From Macrostomum lignano (taxonomy: Eukaryota): 64,000 nt of DNA. This document shows, in pieces, positions 24,016 to 36,700 of the stretch (position 1 is the first letter of the stretch; each line of letters begins with the position of its first letter). The translations under genes and the position numbers were made by a program. The stretch lies in the NCBI GenBank assembly GCA_002269645.1, contig NIVC01003785.1:12867-76866 (forward strand). Reading direction: 5' to 3'. A model generated the notes under the pieces. It was not told the DNA's origin. It saw only the letters and a program-made list of their open reading frames with translations, and searched no databases.

Positions 24016-27000
24016 CTATAGTATGCATTCAGATTCGAATGAATATCGGAATTCCAACAGGTAAGGCAAGATGCCCAGAGCAACGGAAGCCGCGACAACC
24101 AACGGGCCGCTCCGCAGATGCTGAGCAGCCTGGTCAGTTTCTTTAACTATCGGCTTTTGACTGGCTTTAGCGGCGCTATCCGATACAGTCTCGTTGAGAC
24201 TGTCCGTCCATTCCTCGATCTGTTCAGCAGGGCCGGGGTTGTGCCTTTTCTTGCACCCGCCATCGCTGGCCGGCACCATCCAGCCGCCGTGGCACTTCGG
24301 CCCGCTGTACTTGGCGACCCGTCTCGGCGGCAGGCAGTAACCAAGTCTGCACAGGCCGCCCGTCGCCTTGTCGCACAGCCAGTCGGGCAGCACAGAGACA
24401 TCCGGCGGACAAACTGACGATTTACCATCGCAGAACTCCGGGAAGTCGCATCTGGAAGGAGGTGACAAGTGAATCTGGCTGACGAATTTCTCGCGAATTA
24501 TTCACGTTTGACCCTCATAAGCTCGTTTTAACCGATTAAATCAAGTACATTTCCAACAGAGCGGACCAAATAATATTAATATTACTATTACTATTATTAT
24601 TATTACTAAGCAAACCTGGGATCTTCGGCCAGTCTGCACAGAGTGCCCGCGGCCAGCGGGCTGCACGAAGTCGTGTTGCAGCAGTCGCCAGTTGCGCACG
24701 CTGCGCCTTTGACCAGCTTGCAGGCGTCGGCCTGGCAGCAGCGATCCTTTCTGCAGGCGAGCGGCCCGCCGCAGTCGCACTCTTCGCCAGGCTCGACAAT
24801 CCCATTGCCGCAGGTCGGTCCCCAGTCCTTCGAGTACTCAACGGTGATGCTTTGTCCGTCTGGAGATCACACAAAATTTGAATGGTTGCAATTTCAATGT
24901 TCAGAAAGCCCGTAATCAAAACTTGGGCCGACAGGCTTCCCAATGTTTAACAACTTACAAAATGCAGTTGGATCCACAGTTGAACGTGGAAGAAACCCTC
25001 TGGCCAAGACTACCCAGCCGTCTGATGCGAGCTAGTAAGCAAACACAGAGCATCTGAAGGCTGCTTACGGCTGTTCAGTCCAAGGACTGGGGGGTCATCA
25101 CTCACCACACACCCCAATTGCCTCAGCTAATGCTGGCACCCATTTTACAGCTGGGTGAACTGAAGCAATGCAGAGTTAAGTGTCTTGCTCAAGGACATAA
25201 ATTGTTCCAGTGGGATCGGGAATCGAACCCCCGACCTTCAAGTCGTGAGTCCAACGCTCTGACCACTAGGCTACAACCCCTGCTATCAGATTAATGATGT
25301 TAAGACCTCGCTTCTTTCCAATGCGAACGCCCCAGCAAGCAAAGTTGGGGACATGAGGACCCAGCCTTAATATACAATGGAATTTGCGATGAACCAGTAT
25401 AAAACCTTGTACAAGTACAACCCAAGAAAGAAAGTTCGCTTATCCTCCTCGCCCTTGTTTTCTGTCCCACCCTTGGCCTGCTACTCGAATCTCGACTTTG
25501 GAGACTTACGGAGCTGAGTATAACAGGGACTAAGTTGAACGAAAACTTGACTTAAACAATAATCTGACCTTCAACTTTTGGCCTACTTGGCCTGGCACTA
25601 ACGCTTGAGCATTGAATCGTGGAACAAAAGCCACAAAGACTAGAGCAAACAAAGCGTACAGTATTGTACTCTGGCTCACCCTCGCGAGCTCCAGAGCTCC
25701 AGTTGGCGGACAGGCAGGCCTTCCCAAGCGCCAGAGCATCGAGAGACTCGGCCAGCTTGTCGATGCTGCAAGTGGACCAGCCAATCGGACTTTTCTCATC
25801 GTCCATGCCTACGTATTGGTCCATCAGGCAGCGGGAGAACTCGCACCGGCACTTGTCGTCGGCGTTGTCGTGGCCGCAGCCAACTCGGTGGCTGATCTCG
25901 TGGGCCAGAGCGACTCCAGCTGTTACGATGTAGTTTGGCTTGTTCGTCTCCAGCTGTGAATTATGAGCAAGAGTTATCATTCAATGCGTAAAAACAGGCA
26001 GAGGTCAAGCACCAGAACGGAGCCCAAAGTAAAGCTTTGGATCAAGCAAAACTACAATTTATCATTTGTGGGACAAGTTGATAAAAATGCCGCAAATAAA
26101 AACAATGGAATTGGATTTGCAAGTCAACTTAAGCCTCTTACATCATGGAGAGGCTATAGTTACGCCAAGTTTCAATTTTCATCATAAAAATGGTTCATTC
26201 AACCGTTCCCTCACCATGACGAAGCCTTTGCATTTCGGCTTGCCGTAGTCTTTCTTGCAAGGGTGACCGGATGAGTCCGAAATTGAGTAGTTCATATGGT
26301 CCCGGCCTCTGCAAAATTGAAAGAAAAAATCTAATTGAAAGTGCTTCAGCTCAGAAACTGTAAACAAATTGACACGAATTCAGCAATATTTTTATTAACT
26401 CACAGGAAAATAAAAACGCAATTAATGACCTCTTCAAACATGTAAGAGTAATACTGGTAGTTGTAATCGTTCAGAAAATATAATATGTCATTGCTTCGTG
26501 GTTCCAGACTTGACCCGACATGCTTCGACGGAATGTGCGTGCTCGCCACCATGATGTAGAAGTTGAATGGCCTCAACAACTGCAATCACAAGCAAGGTGT
26601 TTGATGTGAGCAACTTTAACATAAATTAAAAATAATTGTTACAGGCTTCAGAGCAAGTCTAAGTCTCCGGAGGTTTCAACTTCAGTCAGAGTCACTGTGC
26701 AAGTGTCAGGGTCGGTCAGTGCAGCTTGTGGAGTCAGGGTCGGTCAGTGCAGCTTGTGGAGTCAGGGTCGGTCAGAGTAGCTTGTGGAGTCAGGGTCGGT
26801 CAGAGTAGCTTGTGGAGTCAGGGTCGGTCAGAGCAGCTTGTGGAGTCAGGGTCGGTCAGAGTAGCTTGTGGAGTCAGGGTCGGTCAGAGTAGCTTGTGGA
26901 GTCAGGGTCGGTCAGAGCAGCTTGTGGAGTCAGGGTCGATCAGTGCAGCTTGTGGAGTCAGGGTCGGTCAGAGTAGCTTGTGGAGTCAGGGTCGGTCAGA

Positions 27001-28482
27001 GTAGCTTGTGGAGTCAGGGTCGGTCAGAGCAGCTTGTGGAGTCAGGGTCGGTCAGAGCAGCTTGTGAAGTCAGGGTTGGTCAGGATCATACCGAGTTGGC
27101 AAAGTTGACGACCTTCTTTGCCGTCGCGATCAGGTTTTTAGTGCTTTTCATCAGGCTCTCCTAAAACAGTGTTTAAATTTGATCTGATCACGTTTTGGAT
27201 TCTCCTAGCATAGCAACAAAGCAATCGTGAATCAAAGTGCATTGCATACCAGATCTTTTTCTAGGTAGAGATGCAGCCTAATTATATAAGGCCCGAATTT
27301 GGTCAAGAATCTGCTCTGCTGGTTTATGCTAACATTGACGCGAGTGAACTGGAATCTGTACTTTAGATCTACTTTGTGATTGCGCATTCGAGGATCGTAT
27401 CTGCGCACCCGACTTAGCAGCTGAAATATTTTAGTGCGGTTTAAATGAGTGAACTTCAATTCACGAAGTGTGAGTTTATGAGTGAGGTTATAAGTGAATT
27501 TATGAGTGTCTGTAAGTGAGTTGATGAGTATGTTCAATAGCGAGTTCATGAGTGAGTTTATGAGTGAGTTCAATATTAAGTTTATGAGTGAGTTTATGAG
27601 CCAGTTTATGAGCCAGTTAATGAGTGAGTGGTTTTCAGTGCTACAAGCAAAGCCTCTCACCATCTCAGCCGGGGTCTCCGTTGCCGGTTCTGCAGGTTTG
27701 CAATGGAATGGTTTTGTTAAAATTTAATTTGCTGAAGTTAGGATGAACTTCACTGCAATGAAGCAGAAGCATTATCATCTTTTGAGGGAAAAATTGTTCT
27801 AATTTTTCTGGAATTGGTTGCAGATCTTACTATTTGAGCATTGATTGTCAAGCGCACACACAACATTGCACAAATACTAAAATAACTTGTTGGGCCACTC
27901 AGCTCATTTACGTGTAAGCTACTTTCAGTTCAGTAGTCAGTTAAACATACGCATTTTAATGTATTTTTAAAGCCTAGGCTCATTTATTTGCTCTCTTACC
28001 CCCAGCTTAAACCCTCCAACCGCGCCTTTCCACAGTACCCCCCGCCCCGCCCCAATTTTTATTGCCTTTCTCGGAATTCCAGCCTAAAGCTGCCATGTAC
28101 ATTTCAGTGGACTGGCTAATGTACATTATTGCTGAACCAATTAGCAAGCTGTTTACGTCTGCAAGCTTGGGCTTCTAAGCTTATCAAAGTCATTTCAGCT
28201 GCCTTTATTTTTATAAAATAGCTTATGTATTCTTCATTGCTACTGAACTGAAAGTAGAAAGCTGTTTTACTAAGTATATATGCCTGAGTGGCCCATCTAG
28301 TTATTTTAGTATCTGTGAGCGCACCTAAGATGCATCGACCTACATTTAATATCAGACAAGTGTCAGGTTAAGATAGCAATTGATCCACCACCAGCCAAGT
28401 GCCTACCTTGATTTCCAACGATCAAATTAAGCACCACCAAAGCACTGGCGAAAACCAAACAGATGTTTTTTAAATGCAGCAT
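24016..28482 (-). CDS. ADAM-like metalloprotease-disintegrin, copy B (~522 aa). Exons 28482-28407, 27689-27661, 27420-27250, 27160-27092, 26579-26404, 26308-26215, 25953-25680, 24859-24616, 24451-24016
   Basis: Signal peptide [23 protein letters not shown], furin site RVRR, zinc motif [16 protein letters not shown] and a disintegrin domain. Same exon phases as copy A; total 1569 nt. Confidence 0.9.
25051..25280 (-). mobile_element. CORE-SINE family 1 (3'-shortened)
   Basis: Same tRNA head and core. Confidence 0.85.
26705..27085. repeat. 28-bp minisatellite in ADAM B intron 4
   Basis: GGAGTCAGGGTCGGTCAGAGTAGCTTGT, about 13 copies. Confidence 0.95.
27465..27630. repeat. 12-bp degenerate repeat (ATGAGTGAGTTT); same motif inverted at 33745-33965
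   Basis: Direct inspection. Confidence 0.85.
27871..28315. mobile_element. MITE family (TIR CAGATACTAAAATAACT..TGGGCCACTCAG), copy 1
   Basis: ~30-bp terminal inverted repeats plus an internal inverted CTACTTTCAGTTCAGTAG; three copies in the window. Confidence 0.8.
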
Positions 28483-29128
28483 GGGCGGCGAACATTCAGC
28501 TTTTGACGTTTTTATTTATATGAATTATTTGTCTTCTCAAAAAATCACTAGAATTGTTATTTCTCATTTTTGTTGGGCTTAACTAATGCAAAGTCCAAAA
28601 TCAATCTGTCTATGGTATGGTTAGTGAGTTACGAGTACATTAAATTCGAATAGCAACAATTACGATTTTTAAAAATATTGGCGGCAGGGGTGGATTACAT
28701 GATCGAGAAAACTACAAGTGACAATTTGTCAAGCGCTATCCTGGCCACTTGTAAACATAGACTACGCTTTTGTGGCCAAGCAATCACTGGAATTCTCTGG
28801 AGCACATGGCATTGAAATAAAATTTGACAAGTGGTCCGTGCGCTTGTCAAGTGTGCATTCAAGCTTTTACTCTCAGTTTTGCAAGCGATCAGCGTGATGT
28901 TTAGCGATGGTGAGGATGAGGACCTTCCGCTTCTTTATTGTCCTTCATTTGAAAAAGGGAAACGTACGTCAAATAACAAATAGGGAGGCTAAACAATCAT
29001 CTTCTACGAGATTAAAGATGCAGAAAGCCTCTAAGAAACCTAACGATAATATCTACGCATTTTGGCCCATAGGCATGGAATTTCGAGGGAGCTCTTTCGA
29101 AAATCGTCAATTGTTTTTTAAAAGCTTC

Positions 29129-29350
29129 ATGAAGGCTGCGTACGGCTGTTCAGTCCAAGGACTGGGGGGTCGCCATACACACCCCCAATTGCCCGAGCTA
29201 ATGCTGGCACCCATTTTACAGCTGGGTGAACTGAAGCAATGCAGAGTTAAGTTTCTTGCTCAAGGACACAAATTTTTCCAGTGGAATCGGGAATCGAACC
29301 CCCGACCTTCAAGTCGTGAGTCCAACGCTCTGACCACTAGGCTACAACCT
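29129..29350 (-). mobile_element. CORE-SINE family 1 (3'-shortened)
   Basis: Same tRNA head and core. Confidence 0.85.
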
Positions 29351-29604
29351 CTTAGTTAGAGCATGTTATTGTAGTTACATGCTTCAACTCACTTGGATAG
29401 CCATTTCGGTTCTGAGACAATTTGAAAAGTTGCTTGACTTCGATTTTGGACTAGAAAAAACGAAAAGATTTCCGCTTAAGCCTTAAATTTGAAGCACTCC
29501 ATCGCACTGTCTGTTATGCAGATGAGTGAGAAAAAAACATCAAAAAGCTGCACTCCAGCCAAAATTTAACTCTTCTACTATTGCTACGACGGCAGCATGG
29601 CTAT

Positions 29605-30545
29605 CGTTAGGTTTTCTGTGGAGATGTCAGGATCGGTCAGGTTTCTGTGGAGGTGTCAGGATCGGTCAGGTTTCTGTGGAGGTGTCAGGATCGGTCAGGT
29701 TTCTGTGGATGTGTCAGGATCGGTCAGGTTTCTGTGGAGGTGTCAGGATCGGTCAGGTTTCTGTGGAGGTGTCAGGATCGGTCAGGTTTCTGTGGAGGTG
29801 TCAGGATCGGTCAGGTTTCTGTGGAGGTGTCAGGATCGGTCAGGTTTCTGTGGAGGTGTCAGGATCGGTCAGGTTTCTGTGGAGGTGTCAGGATCGGTCA
29901 GGTTTCTGTGGAGGTGTCAGGATCGGTCAGGTTTCTGTGGAGGTGTCAGGATCGGTCAGGTTTCTGTGGAGGTGTCAGGATCGGTCAGGTTTCTGTGGAG
30001 GTGTCAGGATCGGTCAGGTTTCTGTGGAGGTGTCAGGATCGGTCAGGTTTCTGTGGAGGTGTCAGGATCGGTCAGGTTTCTGTGGAGGTGTCAGGATCGG
30101 TCAGGTTTCTGTGGAGGTGTCAGGATCGGTCAGGTTTCTGTGGAGGTGTCAGGATCGGTCAGGTTTCTGTGGAGGTGTCAGGATCGGTCAGGTTTCTGTG
30201 GAGGTGTCAGGATCGGTCAGGTTTCTGTGGAGGTGTCAGGATCGGTCAGGTTTCTGTGGAGGTGTCAGGATCGGTCAGGTTTCTGTGGAGGTGTCAGGAT
30301 CGGTCAGGTTTCTGTGGAGGTGTCAGGATCGGTCAGGTTTCTGTGGAGGTGTCAGGATCGGTCAGGTTTCTGTGGAGGTGTCAGGATCGGTCAGGTTTCT
30401 GTGGAGGTGTCAGGATCGGTCAGGTTTCTGTGGAGGTGTCAGGATCGGTCAGGTTTCTGTGGAGGTGTCAGGATCGGTCAGGTTTCTGTGGAGGTGTCAG
30501 GATCGGTCAGGTTTCTGTGGAGGTGTCAGGATCGGTCAGGTTTCT
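29605..30545. repeat. Highly homogeneous 29-bp minisatellite between ADAM B and C
   Basis: GGAGGTGTCAGGATCGGTCAGGTTTCTGT, about 32 copies. Confidence 0.97.
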
Positions 30546-30745
30546 TTGCAAGTGTCAAAGTCGGTCACAGCTGCAGGAATTATAGAATGAGCTATGATAA
30601 AAAGTATATTTTTGGTTTGCAATGAAGAAATTCTTACAAGGGAAAGGTTAAAACCGCTAGAGCTCATTGTTTACTCAGCTCTGCAATATGCCTGACTATG
30701 CAATATGCCTGCAATATAGGGCAGGTGAAGCTACAAAATTCACTA

Positions 30746-33700
30746 TCAACTCGGCAGCAGAACTGAAACTAATACAACAGTGGAAGCCACCGCCAGCCAG
30801 AGTTCACTACCGACATGCCGAAACCCCCGATCCTGCGTCTCTAACACCGGCCGATGGTTCACCGTCGAATTAAGCTTTGAATCTGTATCTAAAGTGGAAT
30901 TATTCTCCTTGGAATCCTCGTTGTGCTCAAACGCAAACACGATGTCGTCCTTTGGCAGCGGGTCCACCCACTCCTCCAGCTGCTCGGCGGGACCCGGCTC
31001 GTGCATCGGTTTGCAGTCGCCAGCCGTGGTTGGCACCGTCTTGCCGAGTTCGCACCGCGGCCCGCTGAACTTGGCGCCCCACCGTGGCGGCAGGCAAGCG
31101 CGAAGGCGGCACCGCTGGGTCTTCTTCCCGTCGCACGGCCAGTCGGACATCACCGAGAGGTCCGGAGGACACGTCGCCTTCACGCCGTCGCAGAACTCAG
31201 GGTAGTCGCATCTGAACACGCGATGTGCAGAAAGCTTTGGAGTAACACTAATGAGGTTTCGGTGGTACATTTTTTAATGCATGAAAATCCATTCAAAAAA
31301 TAAATATTCGCCAAAAGGGTTGTAATTGGCACCTTGGCGCAGAGCCGTCGGCAACATGGTCCCACAAGCAGCACTGACAAGCGCGCCAATACTGTACACA
31401 GACATGCACTCATACTAATGGTGCAGAGAAGTGACCAGGTGTAGAAACTTTAACTGAGTGTGATGTGAGCACACAGAAAGATAAATACTACTGAATAAAG
31501 AGCATGAGTAGTTTGAAAGCACTTGAAGCGATGTCTCTGCTATCTCACCAAGATTCTACACGGTAAACCTGCTGCAAAACGGACCTGTGATCAACAGCCA
31601 GCCTGCAGAGGACGCCGCTAGCCAGTGGCGTGCACGAAGTCATGTTGCAGCAGTCGCCGAATCCGCAGGCTGCCCCCGCGACCAGTTTGCAGGTGTCTGC
31701 CTGGCAGCAGCGGTTGTTCTGGCAGGCGAGCGGTCCGCCGCAGTCGCACTCTTCGTTGGGCTCGACAATGCCGTTGCCGCAGGTCGGTCCCCAGTCCTTC
31801 GAGTACTGCATCATGATGCTGCGCCCGTCTGTGAAACATGCATAGCGGGTGCCTTATTAAGAAGGGGGGGAAGCCCGATTTAGAGCTTCAGACTACAGTC
31901 TTCAATGGATTTATCTTGTCGGAACAGTCAACCAAAACTCCTTGGAGTTGAGTTTGTCTGCAGGCAACTTTGGGTCAGCGATCCGCAGTCAGCGAGGATG
32001 CAATCAGTCATGCTCATTCCACTGACACCTGAGCAGGCACACATTCACACAGGGTTAATTTTCTTGCTCACCGTTATGAGGCTTCCAGTTCCACTTGGCG
32101 GACAGGCAGGCCTTGCCCAGCGCCAGAGCATCGAGAGAATCGGCCATACTGTTGATGCTGCAAGTCGACCAGCCAATTGGCTCAGCTTTGCCTTCCGTGA
32201 CCACGTATTCGTTCATCAGACATCGTGGGAAATGGCACTGGCAGTACTTTGAGTCGTGACTGGCGCCTATCCTGTGGCTGAGCTCGTGGGCCAGGGCCAG
32301 TCCCGCCGTCTTGATGTAGTTCGACTTGCTAAGTTCCAACTGCGGAACGGGGTGTCATGCAGGAAAGTTTTATTCTGATAAGCTGCTCTTGTGAGTGATG
32401 CAGCCTGGGTTGGAGCCTACACCGCTAATGATAAAGTAAATAAGCCTTTATTGTTGCTAAGTTCGTCAATAATCGTCAATAGTCGCTAAGGAATCACCAA
32501 TGGTCGCTAAGGAATCGTCAATAGTCGCTAAGGAATCAACAATGGTCGCTAAGGAATCGTCAATAGTCGCTAAGGAATCAACAATGGTCGCTAAGGAATC
32601 GTCAATAGTCGCTAAGGAATCAACAATGGTCGCTAAGGAATCGTCAATAGTCGCTAAGGAATCAACAATGGTCGCTAAGGAATCGTCAATAGTCGCTAAG
32701 GAATCAACAATGGTCGCTAAGGAATCGTCAATAGTCGCTAAGGAATTATCTAGGGTCGCTAAGGAATCCTCTAGGGTCTTTGATATCCTCTAGGGTCGCT
32801 AAGGTATCCTCTAGGGTCGCTAAGGTATCCTCTAGGGTCTTTAAGGAATCCTCTAGGGTCGCTAAGGTATCCTCTAGGGTCGCTAAGGTATCCTCTAGGG
32901 TCGCTAAGGAATCCTCTAGGGTCGCTAAAAAATTACCAATGGTCGCTAAAGAATTACCAATGGTCGCTAAGGATTTACCAATGGTCGCTAAAGAATTACC
33001 AATGGTCGCTAAAGAATCACCAATAGTCGCTAAAGAATTACCAATGGTCGCTAAGGATTTACCAATGGTCGCTAAGGATTTACCAATAGTCGCTAAAGAA
33101 TCACCAATAGTCGCTAAAGAATTACCAATGGTCGCTAAGGATTTACCAATAGTCGCTAAAGAATTACCAATGGTCGCTAAAGAATTACCAATGGTCGCTT
33201 AGGATTTACCAATGGTCGCTAAAGAATTACCAATGGTCGCTAAAGAATTACCAATGGTCGCTTAGGATTTACCAATGGTCGCTAAAGAATTACCAATGGT
33301 CGCTAAAGAATTACCAATGGTCGCTAAAGAATTACCAATGGTCGCTAAGGATTTACCAATAGTCGCTAAAGAATTACCAATGGTCGCTAAAGAATTACCA
33401 ATGGTCGCTTAGGATTTACCAATGGTCGCTAAAGAATTACCAATGGTCGCTAAAGAATTACCAATGGTCGCTTAGGATTTACCAATGGTCGCTAAGGAAT
33501 TATAAATGGTCGCTAAGGGATCGTCTATGATAGCTTCGCTCCCCAGGATGCGATAATGATCTTGGCTGGTTTTATCAGCTTTTCAAGCTTTTTCTCTCAC
33601 CGTAACGAATCCAATGCATTCTGGTCGGCCATAAAGGTCCTTACAGAGCTCGCCAGTGGAGTCCGACATCGTATAGTTCATGTTGTCGCGGCCTCTGCGA

Positions 33701-36700
33701 GTGTTGCCGAATATGCCCAAAAGCAGAGTAAGCTTTATAGTTTTCTAGTGAGTTCACTCATGAACTCATTCATAAACTCGCTCATGAACTCACTCATGAA
33801 CTCCCTCATGATCTCGCTCATGAAGTCACTCATGAACTCCGTCATGATCTCGCTCATGAAGTCACTCATGAACTCACTCATGAACTCACTCATGAACTCA
33901 CTCATGAACTCACTCATGAAATTGCCCATAAAGTAACTCATGAACTCCCTCATGAATTCACCCATAATAATCGTACCAAGTGTCATAATAAGGTACTGAT
34001 AAACTTATTTCACATTAGTTCTGTCCAAATTTCTGGCATCCAGCGGGGCAAACTTACAAGAACGTGAATATACAATCGATGTTGTCCTCAAACATGTACT
34101 GCCAATAGTTTAAGGCATATTCGGAACGCAAGAATTCAAGAATATCTTTGTCGGGAACGCTCGGGCTGTAACCCGTAAACTTGGACGGAGAATGCAGACT
34201 GGTCACCGTAATGTAGGCGTTGAATGGTTTCAGGAGCTGCAAAATTACAATGCAATCTGAGCTTGTGATAGTGGGATGACAATAACATTTGAAGGTCAAC
34301 ATTCAAGGACGGCCAGATAAAATGCAGGAGTGGCGACTCCTGCATCTCCAGCCAAAATAGGTTATATAGTATTAAACACAGATGCTAGAATATACTTGGG
34401 CCACTTAGCACATTTTCTTGTAATCTACTTTCAGTAGTAAGTTAAACGGAAGCATTTTAATGTATTTTAAAGCTTAGGCTCATTTATCGGCTCTTAAATA
34501 AAAAGCTTAGGCGACTCGCGCCTTTTCGCACTATAATACGTACCCCCACCCCGCCCCAATTTTTATTGCCTTTCTCGGAATTCCAGCCTAAAGCTGCCAT
34601 GTACATTTCAGTGGACTGGCTAATGTACATTATTGCTGAACCAATTAGCAAGCTGTTTACGCCTGCAAGCTTGGGCTTCTAAACTTATCAAATTCATTTC
34701 AGCTGCCTTTATTTTTATAAAATAGCTTACGTATTCTTCATTGCTACTGAACTGAAAGTAGAAAGCTGTTTTACTAAGTATATATGCCTGAGTGGCCCAT
34801 CTCGTAATTTTAGTATCTGATGTACTAAACGAATCCTATGGATTTTGAAAGACCGTTCTTCGATCCAGCAAAATAATTCCAAGAAACAACGACCGCGAAA
34901 ACATCTAAATATACTAAATCTCTAAGGTTTGTATGCTTGTCCATGTCCAATATACTAAAAATCAAAACTATGTACCTATAGGAACCTTCGCTTAACTTGA
35001 CTCTACATGGTCGGAATTTCGTGGGGTTTTCTGCATTCGATGCGTATTGATGGTGCGCAGGTACACAAAATTTTGCTAAGAAATTGCTTCATTATTTCGG
35101 GCTTAAATATTCGAAAAACTCAATTTTCTCCCTGTTTTTTAAAGTTCAAACAGTTCTTTCCGATTGAGAAGCAGTCTGCCGGCCGATGGAATTGTATTGC
35201 ATCATAACTCAGTGCCAACTATAGCATTGGTTCTCCACACTCGCGTGGAGAGCTACAAGCGTTGAAAGGTTGCGCAACACATTTTAATTGAGGGGCGGGT
35301 GTCGCTATTCAATTATTCATGGGCTGGCTTGGTTGTTAATTTCAATGCATCAACTTGCAGGCCTCTTACTGAGCTGGCGCTGAATGTACGCCTTATGAAT
35401 TTGAATGCTTTAAAGCAGGAATGTTCAATCATTGTTTGTGCTTCGAGTTTTTTACTTTCAGAAGAGAGCCTTGTATTGCTAGAAAGAGCTTGAAACGCTG
35501 AGTTCGGGAATAATTTCTTTGCTTACTCGTAGATTCGAAAAATTAAAAGCACAGCATTAAAAAGAAGATTCCTTTGAATTTTACTTTATATACTCATTGT
35601 ACGCTCTCTAATATCGCAAACCCCTACTTTATCGCAATTCCACAATTCAAGCCAGCGCCATTGAATTTAGATTTAGATTGCGTAACCATATTGGTGACTT
35701 TATTTGAAACTGATACAGACTGGCTGAGAAATTATGTCATAACTGCTTTGCGTGATTTACTCTGTGCGTGGAGTTTTGAAAGTGTTGAATTATGTAAGTG
35801 CTACAATTTATGTTATCAAAGCATTGAGAGATAGCCTAGAGGTAAACAGACTGACCTGCTAATGCAGCGACGTGGGTTCGAATTTTTAAATTGTAGAAGT
35901 ATTTTATTAAAAAAAATTAATTTTAAACTTTTTAGCTAAAGAAAACTAAAAAAACGTCAGGTAAATCAGGTAGAAGAGAAGCTACGAGTATTATATTCAA
36001 AAAAAATTATTAAACTGAGATGCCAAGGCTAAGAGGGAATTGCTGAGATATCAAGACGTGAGGGGAATTGCTGAGATGTCAAGACTTACTGGGGGAATTA
36101 CTGAGATATAAGGGCTTACTGAGAGAATTACTGAGATGCCAAGGCTTAAGAGTGAATTGCTGAGATGTCAAGGCTTGGAGGGAATTTCTGAGGTGTCAGG
36201 GCTTGGTGGGAATTGCTGAGATGTTAAGTCTTGGGGAGGAATTCTATGGATCGGGGAATCTTTGAACGAGAGATGCTTCTAATGGATATCTCGAGGAGAT
36301 GAGGGGATTCTTTGGCCAAGAATTCTATTCATGGGCGGATTATTTGGATGGGAGTTTCTTTGGATTCCTTGAATGGGGGATTCTGTTGATGGGGATTATT
36401 TGGACGTAAAGTTTTTTGAACGGGTTTTTTTAGATGAGGGTATTATTTGGCCAATTATTCTTTTGATGGGAGAATCAATGGATAATGTGGATGGAGATTC
36501 TGTGGATGGGGATTATTTGGACGTGGATTATTTGCATGGGGATTTTTTGGAGGGAGATTCTTTAGTTAGGAATGGATGGGGATGGATAGGAGGATTCTTT
36601 GGATAGGGATAAATAGGGGCATTTTTTCGATAGGGATGGATGGGGGATTCTTTGGATATGGATGGGTGGGGGGTTCTTTGGATATGGATGGGAGGGGGAT

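Noticed and set aside
29526-30625. Long ORFs (312-354 aa) in three frames
   Set aside because: These are translations of a stop-free 29-bp minisatellite with no protein-like complexity.
32500-33202. MVAKES/MVAKEL repeat ORFs as a repeat protein
   Set aside because: They lie antisense in an intron of ADAM copy C and simply reflect a 21-bp array.
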